Positions 18,077 to 28,166 of a DNA stretch of 64,000 bases are shown in pieces. This DNA is from a bacterium (lineage in GTDB: Bacteria; Sumerlaeota; Sumerlaeia; SLMS01): NCBI GenBank assembly GCA_016125005.1, contig WGMQ01000021.1, positions 8,312 to 72,311 on the forward strand, read 5' to 3'. The translations under genes were made by a program, and so were the position numbers. The notes beneath the pieces are model-generated. The model saw only the letters and a program-made list of their open reading frames with translations, did no database searches and was not told the origin of the DNA. How positions within the stretch are numbered: position 1 is the stretch's first letter; each line of letters opens with the position of its first letter.

Positions 18077-19431
18077 CACGAATGCCCGAAAACACGCCCG
18101 TCCTGATCGTCGACGATGACGAGAACCAGCGGCGACTTCTCTCCGGCTGCCTCGCGCAGCACGGCTATGCAACCCTAACGGCGGCGGACGGGCTGGATGC
18201 GCTGGATCGGCTCGCCCGCGACCCCGTGGCGATGATCATCTCCGACATGCGGATGCCGCGCATGACCGGGCTGGACCTTCTCCGTGCGGCACGGGAGCGA
18301 GGCTACGATTTCCCGTTCCTGTTGGTGACGGCCTTCCCAGACGTGCGTGACGCCGTCGGCGCCATGCGCGACGGAGCGGTGAATTATCTGGAGAAGCCCA
18401 TCGATCTCGACGAGCTGCTGACCTCGGTTCGCACGGCACTCGGTAGAAGGATCTCCTCGGAAATCGCTCGCCCCGACGTGGCGATTCCTCCCGGCGTCAT
18501 CGCCGACAGCCCCCCCATGCGCAGCATCCTGCGCGACGTGGCGCTCGTTGGGCCGACCGATTCGCGCGTGCTCCTCACAGGCGAAAGCGGCACCGGCAAG
18601 GAGGTCATCGCCGACGCGCTCCATCGCATCAGCCCTCGCGCGCGCCAGCCCTTCCTCAAGGTCAACTGCGCGGCTATTCCCGAGAACCTCCTTGAAAGCG
18701 AGCTGTTCGGTCACGAAAAGGGCGCCTTCTCCGGTGCGGTGGCCCGTCGCGTAGGTGTCTTCGAGGAAGCGGACGGCGGCACCATCCTGCTCGACGAAAT
18801 CGGCGACATGCCGATGGCCCTTCAGGCCAAGCTCCTCCGCGTCATCCAGGACGGCGTCTTCCGCCGCATCGGCGGCTCGCAGACCCTCCACACCGACATC
18901 CGCCTCATCGCTTCAACGAACCGCGATCTGGAACAGGACATGATCGCGGGGCGCTTTCGCGAGGACCTTTTCTTCCGCCTCAACGTGTTCGAGATCCACC
19001 TTCCGCCGCTGCGCGAACGTCCCGAGGACATCATCCCCCTGGCCACGCACTTCGCCTCGGGATTCCTCGGCGGCAAGGTCCGCTTCTCCCCCGCAGCCGT
19101 CGCGCTACTCAGCGCCTATCGCTGGCCCGGAAACGTGCGCGAGCTGCGCAACGCCATGGAGCGCGCGGTCCTGGTGGCCCGCAGCGAGGTCATCCTCCCC
19201 GAACATTTCCCGCCCCGCCTCCAAACCCGCGACCACACGGCACCCGTGCAGCCTGCCTCCTCCGGCATGATCGCTGACGTCGAGCGCTCCCTGATCCTTC
19301 AGACCCTGAAGGCCAATCGCTACAACCGATCCGAATCGGCACGGGAACTCGGCATCAGCCGCCGCGCGCTCCTGTACAAGCTCCAGCGCCTCCGCGAAAT
19401 GGGCTTCGACGTCGACGGTGAGGCTCGGTAA
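18073..19431 (+). CDS. sigma-54-dependent response regulator (NtrC/PilR family)
   Basis: ATG overlaps the kinase TGA (ATGA). REC domain (LIVDDDE...D), AAA+ sigma-54 activator core (GESGTGKE, GAFSGA, ESELFGHEKGAF) and a C-terminal Fis-type HTH. Confidence 0.9.
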   Translation: MTRMPENTPVLIVDDDENQRRLLSGCLAQHGYATLTAADGLDALDRLARDPVAMIISDMRMPRMTGLDLLRAARERGYDFPFLLVTAFPDVRDAVGAMRDGAVNYLEKPIDLDELLTSVRTALGRRISSEIARPDVAIPPGVIADSPPMRSILRDVALVGPTDSRVLLTGESGTGKEVIADALHRISPRARQPFLKVNCAAIPENLLESELFGHEKGAFSGAVARRVGVFEEADGGTILLDEIGDMPMALQAKLLRVIQDGVFRRIGGSQTLHTDIRLIASTNRDLEQDMIAGRFREDLFFRLNVFEIHLPPLRERPEDIIPLATHFASGFLGGKVRFSPAAVALLSAYRWPGNVRELRNAMERAVLVARSEVILPEHFPPRLQTRDHTAPVQPASSGMIADVERSLILQTLKANRYNRSESARELGISRRALLYKLQRLREMGFDVDGEAR

Positions 19432-19544
19432 AGCCTCAATGTCGGTCACGCACAATTGTTTGCTTGCCATCCGTCAGCGGAATGGTAAACATCCCCCTGC
19501 GTGCTGGGGAGCACGCCGACATTTATTCACACGGGGGAATTACC

Positions 19545-21761
19545 ATGAAACGAAGTGCTATTCTCGCATTGGGTCTGGCGCTGTGCGCCGGATGGGCGCA
19601 GGCATCGGAGCAGTGGCTCTACGCCGCAGACACTTCCACGGGCATCATCTATGGCACACCGGTGGAGAGCGCTGGATCGCAACCGCTTATGCCGATTTCC
19701 GGCTACGCGACCGTCACCGCTACTCGCTTGGTCTACCTGAATGCGGACGAAGTCATTTTCGAGCCGCTGGGCACCGGGATTCTGGCGCACTTGGTCCTGT
19801 CGACAGGGACGCTCACCGAACTGGGCCCCTATGCGGGTAGCCCTGTCATGCTGCGGACGCACCCAGATGGCAACGGGGTCACGCTCATGAGCACGGTCGG
19901 CTCCCAAATTCGCCTGACTACACTGACTCGCGCCGCGGCGGGCGCCGATTTTGACTCCGACTTTGTAGAGTTCCCCGTCCCCGCGTCGGCCACCGGCCGC
20001 GCATTCCTACCGGCGCCCGACGGGGACGGGTGGCTCCTGCTCGACTGGGGCACCGCGCTTAACGCGGAGAGCCAGTTCGTGCCCATCAGCCGTGTGTGGA
20101 AGATTGGAACCGATGCATCGGCAACCGAGCTGACCTCTTTCCCGCTGCAATACACTCGCATCGAACCGGCGCCGAACAACCGAATCGCGCTTTTCGCCAC
20201 CGGTTCCCCGGCGCAGCTTCTGGAGGCCGACGGCACACCGGTCAGCCCGCTGGGCCTGGCGCCGGAAATCGAGCAAGGCACAATCGAGACGATAGCCCTC
20301 GGCGAGACGCCGCGGGCCGCCGCGGTGCTCAACTCGGCAACCAGCGGGCGTGGGTCCTTCGCCGTGCAGGAAGGCGCCACCACCGACACGCTTCAGATTC
20401 TCCAGCCCCCCTTCACCTTGGGAGACGAGAACATCACCCTGCAAGGGGCCGCCAGCTTGTCCCAGGTCGACTCCAACACGTGGAATTATCACGATTCGGT
20501 CATGGGCGGCATCCGCCAGTTTGATCGCAGCACCCGCAAGGCGAAGCAGTACTTCAATCTCCACCGCGGCACCGGCCCTGTCATGAACGAGATCCGTGCG
20601 ATCACGGTGGGCGGCGACCATCAGCTCTACGTCTTGAACCGCGCTGATCTGGGGATGCAGATCCTGCGGGTGGACCCAGCCACCGGCGATAGAACCGAGG
20701 TCTGCCTGATCACCGGGCGCGATCTGGAACCCACCATCGGCAACCAGCTTCCCAACCAGTTCTATCTGATGGAGCGGACTGCCGCGATCTCCACCGCCAC
20801 CGATTCGCGTCTGGGGATTCGGGTCCTCCATGCCATCGTGGACGAGGGAAGTGTGGCGTTTCAGGAAGGCCCCATCGCCGATATCGCCCATTCAGTGGCT
20901 GATGTGTCGGTCAGTTCCGGGGGTGTGGGCTCGGTCCTGATCTCTTCCAACAACGAGGGTGGCTACGTGCATCTGGACCTTTCGAGTGCCAGGCGCGCCA
21001 ACACCTCCTTCGAGGTGCCCCTCCAGAATTGGGTGCTCAATACCCAAAGCAACACCTACGACGCCACCTACGCGCTCCCGCCGGAGATTTCGCAGGCGAC
21101 CAGCCTTGCCTTCCGCACCACCCGCTCGCTCGGCCAAAGCACCATCGACCTGCGGGACCTGGGCTTCACGCTCCCAGGGGAATCGGGGATGCGGCATGTG
21201 GTCCCCAGCGTCATTGGTCAGTTCGCACCGAGCACCTCATACGGCGCAGCATTCAGCACCAAGGACCTGCCGATTCAGGAAGGTGATCTTCAGGTCTCCC
21301 TCCAGTTCTTCGGCTCCACGGCGGGCATCCTCCCCCTCGAGCTCAAGGGCGAGATGCTCACCAACGGCATGATCCTGATCCCCTCGACCGTCGACCAGCC
21401 GCGCGTTGCCGTCATCCAGCCGACCATCCAGCGCATGAGCACGCTTTCGCCGTCACCGCTGCTCGAAGGCATCGATCAGACCGTGCAGCTTTCTGGTGCG
21501 GATACCGAGGTAGCCGGCCTGCTGCGGATCAGTTCCGCAGTCCGTGTCCCGGGTAGCACTTCGGATATCCTCGCGTTTTCTCGAGAGGGCTGGCGGCTCC
21601 TCCACATCGACGCGTTTACGGGTGAGGTGACCTCGCTGGGCTCCATCGAACCAGACGTCATCAATGGTCGCCTGCTCGGTAACTCACCGGATCCTTGGGT
21701 CGAGCTGACTACTGGGCTGATGTCGACGCCTGCATCGGTGACCGGTTGGGCACTTGATTGA
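19545..21761 (+). CDS. large secreted protein of unknown function (candidate secretion cargo)
   Basis: Start moved to MKRSAILALGLALCAGWAQA (signal peptide) at 19545; 738 aa; no recognisable catalytic motif. Confidence 0.55.
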   Translation: MKRSAILALGLALCAGWAQASEQWLYAADTSTGIIYGTPVESAGSQPLMPISGYATVTATRLVYLNADEVIFEPLGTGILAHLVLSTGTLTELGPYAGSPVMLRTHPDGNGVTLMSTVGSQIRLTTLTRAAAGADFDSDFVEFPVPASATGRAFLPAPDGDGWLLLDWGTALNAESQFVPISRVWKIGTDASATELTSFPLQYTRIEPAPNNRIALFATGSPAQLLEADGTPVSPLGLAPEIEQGTIETIALGETPRAAAVLNSATSGRGSFAVQEGATTDTLQILQPPFTLGDENITLQGAASLSQVDSNTWNYHDSVMGGIRQFDRSTRKAKQYFNLHRGTGPVMNEIRAITVGGDHQLYVLNRADLGMQILRVDPATGDRTEVCLITGRDLEPTIGNQLPNQFYLMERTAAISTATDSRLGIRVLHAIVDEGSVAFQEGPIADIAHSVADVSVSSGGVGSVLISSNNEGGYVHLDLSSARRANTSFEVPLQNWVLNTQSNTYDATYALPPEISQATSLAFRTTRSLGQSTIDLRDLGFTLPGESGMRHVVPSVIGQFAPSTSYGAAFSTKDLPIQEGDLQVSLQFFGSTAGILPLELKGEMLTNGMILIPSTVDQPRVAVIQPTIQRMSTLSPSPLLEGIDQTVQLSGADTEVAGLLRISSAVRVPGSTSDILAFSREGWRLLHIDAFTGEVTSLGSIEPDVINGRLLGNSPDPWVELTTGLMSTPASVTGWALD

Positions 21762-21863
21762 TCGAAGCGCCCAACCGCTTCCACTTGCTCCACAACATGA
21801 GGTGCGGAAAGGTGGACCGTCATTGGTCCACCTTTTCTTTTTGCCGCGAGGAACCACGCCCTG

Positions 21864-24446
21864 ATGAAACCATACGCCACTGTCCTGCAAGGCCTTGCCT
21901 TTGCCCTGATTCTTGGACCGGTGCTGGCCGACGAGCCTGCCGCATCGGACCCTGCCGCGGCGCTCGCCTCCGGCAAGCTGGTCATTCACTACCATCGTTT
22001 CGACGGCAATTACGATACCCCGGGCCTTTGGACCTGGGATGGGCGAAAGCAGAAGGAGCCTACCTCGCCCGAGGTCCTTTCCTCCGGGAAGACCGATTAC
22101 GGCGCTTGGTTCGCCGTCGACCTTGCCGAGTTCGGCAACGACGACGGTCCCGAGGAGCGGATCGGGTTCATCCCGCGGTTACGGCGTGACTGGAACATGA
22201 AGGACGGCAGTGATCGCTACTGGACGCCCGAACTGGGACGCGAGGTCTGGTTGATCGGCAACGACCCGCGCATCTATACGGTGCGACCCGACACCTCCCC
22301 CAAGATCGATCAGGCCTACGTCGACTCGGCCCGCCAGGTGACCCTCGTGCTCTCGACGGCGCTCCCCGCCGCCGAGGCCAAGCCCGGCACCTTCACCGTG
22401 ACCGACAGCGACAAGAAGAACTATCCGGTCAGCGCCGTGCAGCTTGTCTCCGCCAAGGACGGCGCCAGCAAGTTGGTCGAGGTGAGTCTTGCCGAGGATC
22501 TAGACTTCCTGAGCCAGACAGTGACCGTTTCCAGCGAGGCCTATCGTCCGGCCGACGCGGTGCTCCGACGCGTGCTCGACGACAAGTCCCGCTTCTTTTC
22601 CAGCGAACCCATGGGCGCTGTCTATACGCCCGAGGCAACGACCTTCCGCCTCTTCTCCCCCACCACCCGCGAAGTCAGGCTGGTGCTGTACGACAATGCG
22701 ACGGGCAAGGATGGCCGCAAGGAAGTCCCCATGACTCGCGGCACCAACGGCGTCTGGTCGGCTGAGGTGAAGGGTAATCTGGAGGGACGCCACTACAAGT
22801 ATCTGGTGACCAGCCAGCGCTATGACACGCAGGAGATCAACGACCCCAACGCGACCAATACCACCGGCGACGACGGCAACGCCCGCATCACCAACGTGCG
22901 CGCCCTTGACCCACCCGGTTTCCGTCCCATCAAGCGCCCCGACTACGGCAAATCGCCGACGGACGCCATCATCTACCAGATGCACGTCCGCGACTTCACC
23001 GTGCTCGCCAGTTCCGGCGTCTCGGCCGATAACCGTGGCAAGTATCTTGGCCTGACCGAGTCGGACACGCACCTGCCCAGCGACGAGGGAATCAAGACCG
23101 CCTTGGCCCACCTGAAGGAACTGGGCGTGACCCATGTCCAGATCCAGCCCTTCCACGACTGGGACAATGACGAGGACAAGCCGGAGTACAACTGGGGCTA
23201 CATGACCGCCTTCTTCAACTCTCCTGAGGGCTCCCTCTCCAGCGACATCCGCTCCACAGCCCGCATCCGCGAAGTGAAGCAGATGGTGCAGGCCATCAAG
23301 GAAGCAGGTCTGGGCGTGATCCTGGACGTCGTCTATAACCACACGGGCGTTCAGAACACCTTCGAGCACTCGGCGCCCGGCTACTTCCTGCGGATGCGCC
23401 CCGACGGCTCGTTTTGGAACGGGTCCGGCACGGGGAACGAACTGCGCACCGAGGCCCCGATGGCCCGGCGATTCGTCATCGACTCGCTCAAGTACTGGGT
23501 GGACGAGTATGGCATCGACGGCTTCCGCTTTGACCTGATGGGACTGATCGATCTGGAGACCCTCAAACAGGCCAAGACGGAGCTGAGGGCTCTCTATCCC
23601 GAGATCATGTTCTACGGCGAGCCTTGGGCCGCAGCCGGTCCCGACGGCGTTGGGGTCGCCCAGATCGTCTACAAGGATGTGCTGAAGGGCACGGGGATCG
23701 CCGCATTCAACGATCACTTCCGCGATGCGCTCAAGGGATCACCGGACGGCAACGATCCCGGCTACATCGTCAACGGCACGCGCCGCGACGGCGTCATCCG
23801 CGGCATCGCCGGTTCCATCGACGACTGGACCACGAGCCCCATCCAGTCCATCAACTACGCCGACGTCCACGACAACCTGATCCTGCATGACAAGATCAAG
23901 TACTCGGCTCCGGATGCCACGGAAGAGGAGCGGGCGCAGATGCAGATGCTCAGCGGCGGCATCCTCGCCGTCTCGCAAGGCATCATGCTGGTCCACACCG
24001 GCGCGGACTTCCTTCGCAGCAAGAAGGGCGAGCACAACAGCTACAACGCAGGCGACGAGATCAATGGCGTCCACTGGGAGTTGAAGAAGCAGCACCACGA
24101 CGTCTTCGAGTTCTATAAGGGCGTCATCGCGATTCGCAAGGCTCACCCGATGTTCCGCCTTGGCTCCGCCGAGGAGGTCCGCAAGCGCGTCAAGTTCATG
24201 GAGGATCAGCGCCCCAACGCCGAGTCCATCGTCTTCACGGTGAGCGGTGAAGGCCTGGAAGGCGAGACGTGGAAGGAATCATGTGTCCTGATCAACCCCA
24301 CCGCCGAGCCTGTCTACTTTGAGATCCCCGGCGACGATCCGTGGAACGTATTTGTCCTCGGTGACAAGGCAGGGACCGAGAGCCTCGGCGAACAGCGCGG
24401 CAGCCTTGAGGTTCCCGGACGCGGAATGGCCGTCCTCGGCCGCTGA
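21864..24446 (+). CDS. pullulanase-type GH13 debranching enzyme, secreted
   Basis: Signal peptide; GH13 regions YNHTG, GFRFDLMG, YGEPW and a conserved His/Asp region; pullulanase-like N-terminal CBM/E-set domains. Pullulanase is the prototype type II secretion substrate. Confidence 0.85.
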   Translation: MKPYATVLQGLAFALILGPVLADEPAASDPAAALASGKLVIHYHRFDGNYDTPGLWTWDGRKQKEPTSPEVLSSGKTDYGAWFAVDLAEFGNDDGPEERIGFIPRLRRDWNMKDGSDRYWTPELGREVWLIGNDPRIYTVRPDTSPKIDQAYVDSARQVTLVLSTALPAAEAKPGTFTVTDSDKKNYPVSAVQLVSAKDGASKLVEVSLAEDLDFLSQTVTVSSEAYRPADAVLRRVLDDKSRFFSSEPMGAVYTPEATTFRLFSPTTREVRLVLYDNATGKDGRKEVPMTRGTNGVWSAEVKGNLEGRHYKYLVTSQRYDTQEINDPNATNTTGDDGNARITNVRALDPPGFRPIKRPDYGKSPTDAIIYQMHVRDFTVLASSGVSADNRGKYLGLTESDTHLPSDEGIKTALAHLKELGVTHVQIQPFHDWDNDEDKPEYNWGYMTAFFNSPEGSLSSDIRSTARIREVKQMVQAIKEAGLGVILDVVYNHTGVQNTFEHSAPGYFLRMRPDGSFWNGSGTGNELRTEAPMARRFVIDSLKYWVDEYGIDGFRFDLMGLIDLETLKQAKTELRALYPEIMFYGEPWAAAGPDGVGVAQIVYKDVLKGTGIAAFNDHFRDALKGSPDGNDPGYIVNGTRRDGVIRGIAGSIDDWTTSPIQSINYADVHDNLILHDKIKYSAPDATEEERAQMQMLSGGILAVSQGIMLVHTGADFLRSKKGEHNSYNAGDEINGVHWELKKQHHDVFEFYKGVIAIRKAHPMFRLGSAEEVRKRVKFMEDQRPNAESIVFTVSGEGLEGETWKESCVLINPTAEPVYFEIPGDDPWNVFVLGDKAGTESLGEQRGSLEVPGRGMAVLGR

Positions 24447-24470
24447 TCTCCGGCGATCAGGAGCAAATAA

Positions 24471-24508
24471 GGGCCGCGGTCAACTCGACCGCGGCCCTTT
24501 GCATTATT
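24471..24508. terminator. rho-independent terminator shared by the convergent pullulanase and hflX genes
   Basis: GGGCCGCGGTC-aactc-GACCGCGGCCC perfect 11-bp stem followed by TTTGCATTATT. Confidence 0.6.
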
Positions 24509-25847
24509 CGAGGAAATCCTCAACACGGTGGCGGTGTTTCGCCGCCAGTTCCACTTCCATGTGAACGCCGTCCTCCTCGTAGGCCTCGTGACGCACGTGA
24601 CCTTCGCGGTGGAGGAACCCCACCAGATCATGCCGTGAATGAGGGACCACGAGAGTGAAGGGAACCAGCCCCTCGCGCGTGAAGTCCGCCAGGTGCTCGA
24701 CCAGTTCGTCGATCCCCTGACCGGTCAGGCCGCTCACCATCACATTCGGTGTCGCGTGGGCACGAAGCTCTGCCAGGACGATGGGATCGATGGGACGATC
24801 AATCTTGTTCAGCACGTAGAGGGTCGGTCGATTAAGGACGTTGATTTCCTCGAGCACCTTGTGAGTTGCGCGCAGGTGATCGAGGGCCTGGGGGTGTGAC
24901 GCATCCACCACATGCAGCAGCATGTCGGCGAGTTGCGACTCCTCAAGTGTTGCCATGAAGGCGTCCACCAGCATGTGCGGCAGCTTGCGGATGAAGCCCA
25001 CCGTGTCGGTCAGGAGCAGTTCCTGATTGTTGGGCAGATTGACGCGCCGCGTGGTCGGGTCGAGCGTGGCGAAGAGCTTGTCCTCGGCCAGCACGCCGGC
25101 CTTGGTCATGTAGTTGAGGAGCGTCGACTTCCCTGCATTCGTATAGCCGATGATCGCGGCGGTCGGCACGGGCTTCCCTTGGCGACGGGCACGCATGGTG
25201 GCGCGGGAGCGGCGAACTTCCTTCAACTCGCGCTTGAGCTTCAGGATGTCCTCGCGGACCATACGCCGATCGACTTCGATCTGCGCTTCGCCGGCGCCGC
25301 CGGTAAAGCCACCACCGCCGCGCTGGCGCTCAAGGTGCGTCCACGCACGCTTGAGCCGCGGCAGCGAGTACTCGAGCCGCGCCAACTGCACTTGCAACCG
25401 AGCTTCGCGGGTCTGGGCGCGCTGCTGGAAAATATCCAGGATCACCTCGCGCCGGTCGATCACGGCGAGACCGGTTAACTTCTCCCAGTTTCGCTGCTGG
25501 GCGGGGGTCAAATCGTCATCGATGATGATGAGGTTTGCCTGCGCCATCTCGGCGCGGGCCTTGATTTCCTCGGCCTTGCCGGTACCGAGGAGGTACTGTG
25601 GCGTCGGCGACTGGACGGCGGCAATTTCCTCGCCGAGCACTGGCGTGCCCATGGTGGCCACCAGTTGCGTCAATTCTTCCAAGTGTTCCTGGGCGCTGGT
25701 CGGTGTATCTTCCCGGCGCCTGACTCCGACAAGGTAGGCTCTGAGCGGATCGGAACTCGTCTCTTTAGTGGTCTCAAACAAGCAGGTAGGGTATCCTGGA
25801 ACGTGCGATGTGCTGACAGGTGGAATTGTGCAATGGCCACCGGGCAA
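24504..25847 (-). CDS. hflX: GTPase HflX
   Basis: HflX N-domain, then G-domain GYTNAGKSTLLN...DTVGF...NKID. The exact start is uncertain; an in-frame TTG near 25790 is an alternative. Confidence 0.8.
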   Translation of the reverse strand: MPGGHCTIPPVSTSHVPGYPTCLFETTKETSSDPLRAYLVGVRRREDTPTSAQEHLEELTQLVATMGTPVLGEEIAAVQSPTPQYLLGTGKAEEIKARAEMAQANLIIIDDDLTPAQQRNWEKLTGLAVIDRREVILDIFQQRAQTREARLQVQLARLEYSLPRLKRAWTHLERQRGGGGFTGGAGEAQIEVDRRMVREDILKLKRELKEVRRSRATMRARRQGKPVPTAAIIGYTNAGKSTLLNYMTKAGVLAEDKLFATLDPTTRRVNLPNNQELLLTDTVGFIRKLPHMLVDAFMATLEESQLADMLLHVVDASHPQALDHLRATHKVLEEINVLNRPTLYVLNKIDRPIDPIVLAELRAHATPNVMVSGLTGQGIDELVEHLADFTREGLVPFTLVVPHSRHDLVGFLHREGHVRHEAYEEDGVHMEVELAAKHRHRVEDFLE

Positions 25848-26423
25848 AGAGCAACCCCCCTCTTGCGAGGGGGGCTGAAGCGTCTGGTGGTGAGCGGGAG
25901 AGGATCAGAGAGAACTAACAGGTGGGTTTGTGTTAGGTAGGAAGGTGTCCCTTGAGAGGGAGCGAGGGAATGATGTGAGGTGGGAAGTTCCCGGGTTATC
26001 CGGGGTGGAAGGCCTCATCCCTGCTGCTGATCCACCAAGACTGAGCAAATGGGCAATTGAACGATGCTTGACTCCTTCATCTTTCTGGTCATTTGACCCT
26101 GGCGCCATTCGGAAGGTTTGGTTGTAAGACCTTGCCTTCATGAGGATAAGTAGAGCGCAATCCGTGCCAGTTTAGCGTGGGGCCAAAAGCTCCCCCTGTC
26201 GCCTCTGCACCGCCGCATGGGGACCCGGTGCGACGACATGCTACGCCACTCGGTGCAGCCCCGCGACGAAAGCGTCCGTCAGTGGATGCCAACGCCTTCG
26301 GGATGTTTGCGGAATCTATATGCGGAAATCCCCGGCCCTGTGCAGGGCACACTAGCCAACATGCTATCGATAGCGTGCGGGATGTGAGCGGCCCGTGGTC
26401 GGAACGGCCTGATCCCGCTAGCC

Positions 26424-28058
26424 TCAGCTGGTCGTCTTGGGCTCGAAGAAAGGGACCTTATCCTTGGACGTGGAGATCTCCATGTTGTCCTCGGCGGCTT
26501 TTGCCTTCCGGTTCCGCTCCGCTTCCTCGGGCAGCAGTTCCTGCTGAAGGAACTTTTCGAAGGCCTCAACAATGGCTGGGTCGAAGTGCTTGCCGCTGGT
26601 CGAGCGAATCCGATCGCCTGCCTGGGTGAAGGTCATCGGCTTGTTATAGCTGCGCTGGCTCGTCATGGCGTCGAGCGCGTCTGCGAGAGCGATGATGCGC
26701 CCCTCGAGCGGGCATTCCTCGCCCTTCAGTCCGTCGGGGTAACCGGTCCCGTCCCACTTCTCATGGTGCCCGCGAATATACGGTAGCAGGTCGTGGAGGA
26801 ACGTGATCGGACGGAGGATCTTCTCGCCCATCTCCACGTGATCCTTGATCGTGTGATATTCCGTGTCGGTCAAGGCGCCGGGCTTGTTGATGATCCCTTC
26901 CTTAATGCCGATCTTGCCGATGTCGTGCAGGTCCGCCGCCATCTTGAGGCGCCCGAGCCGGTAGTCGTCCAACCCCATCCGCTTGCCGATGCCGACGCTA
27001 TAGCGGCTCACGCGGGCCGTGTGACCCATCGTGTAGGAGTCCTTGGCCTCGATCGCATTGACCAGTGCCTGGAGCGTCTGGATGTAGTGCGCTTGCAGCG
27101 TGTCGCACAGGTTCGCATTCTCAATCGCAATGGCGCACTGGTTGGCGAACGCCGTGACCAACTCGGCGTCCAAATCGTCGTAGTGGACGTTGGCCATGCG
27201 GTTCTGGAAGTAGAGCGCGCCGAGCACGTTGTCGCCCGTGATGAGGGGGGCGCACATGACGCTCTTGACCGAGAAGCCAATGATCGACTCGCTGCTCGAC
27301 AGGCGGGAATCCTGCGCCGCGTCGTTTGCGATCAGTGTGCACTTTTCCTGGATGGCGCGATCAAGCACGGTGCGACTAATCGTCACGCTGGGCTCCTCGT
27401 CGCTGTCGCGCGAAGCCGCGTGACGCACCACCATCGATTTCTTCTCCGAGTCCTGCAGGAGGACCACCAGATTCTCGGCCCCCTCAAACACGTCGAACAG
27501 GCTCTTGCTGATGTGCGGCAGAAGCTCGGGGATCGAGACGATCTTGGTCATCGTCTGGGAGATGGCGAAAATAGTCTGGAGGCCATTAAGGAGGCGCTCC
27601 GTGCGCGCCAGCGTCTTCTTCTCCTCCTCGGAGATATTCGGCTGGTTCTCGGCGTAGTAGCGGAAGATCGATGAGAACTTGCCGGCCAGGTCCTCGATGC
27701 GCACCTTCTGAGTGCTGACCTTGCTGGTGACCGCCGACTCCACGTTGCTCATGAAGTTGATGGTGCGGAAGTCGTCTTCCTGAAGGAGCGCAAACTCGTT
27801 GCTGCCCAGCTTCAAAACGTCCCCGTGCTGGATCTCCGCCTCGCTGACACGCTCACCATTCAGGAAGGTGCCGTTGGTCGACTTGTTGTCGTTGAAGTAA
27901 AGCCGTCCGTCACGGACCACGAAGGTGCCATGCACGCGGGAGACCTTGGGATCGTCCAGCATGATACCACAGGTCGCCTCGCGCCCCACGGTGGTGGGCC
28001 CGTTGATTGTCAGAGTGCGACCCTTCGCGGGCCCATTCTGGCAGGTCAGTTGGAACAT
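26424..28058 (-). CDS. FHA-GAF-HD-GYP three-domain protein (predicted phosphothreonine-gated c-di-GMP phosphodiesterase)
   Basis: Start moved to MFQLTCQNGPAKGRTLTINGPTTVGREATCGIMLDDPKVSRVHG (FHA domain); central GAF domain; C-terminal HD-GYP with HD...HHEKWDGTGYP. Confidence 0.8.
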   Translation of the reverse strand: MFQLTCQNGPAKGRTLTINGPTTVGREATCGIMLDDPKVSRVHGTFVVRDGRLYFNDNKSTNGTFLNGERVSEAEIQHGDVLKLGSNEFALLQEDDFRTINFMSNVESAVTSKVSTQKVRIEDLAGKFSSIFRYYAENQPNISEEEKKTLARTERLLNGLQTIFAISQTMTKIVSIPELLPHISKSLFDVFEGAENLVVLLQDSEKKSMVVRHAASRDSDEEPSVTISRTVLDRAIQEKCTLIANDAAQDSRLSSSESIIGFSVKSVMCAPLITGDNVLGALYFQNRMANVHYDDLDAELVTAFANQCAIAIENANLCDTLQAHYIQTLQALVNAIEAKDSYTMGHTARVSRYSVGIGKRMGLDDYRLGRLKMAADLHDIGKIGIKEGIINKPGALTDTEYHTIKDHVEMGEKILRPITFLHDLLPYIRGHHEKWDGTGYPDGLKGEECPLEGRIIALADALDAMTSQRSYNKPMTFTQAGDRIRSTSGKHFDPAIVEAFEKFLQQELLPEEAERNRKAKAAEDNMEISTSKDKVPFFEPKTTS

Positions 28059-28166
28059 CGATAGCACGGAAAAAAAGGTCCTGTTTGGGCGGATGAATCG
28101 CGCGGGGCGGTGAGGATTATTCGCGCCCGAGCACACCATGTTGTCAAGGACGGCATGGGGTGTTTC

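Noticed and set aside
19464-19544. Upstream extension of the secreted-protein ORF (MPSVSGMVNIPL...)
   Set aside because: The internal ATG at 19545 begins a canonical signal peptide (MKRSAILALGLALCAGWAQA). The upstream 27 residues are not hydrophobic and would bury the signal peptide.
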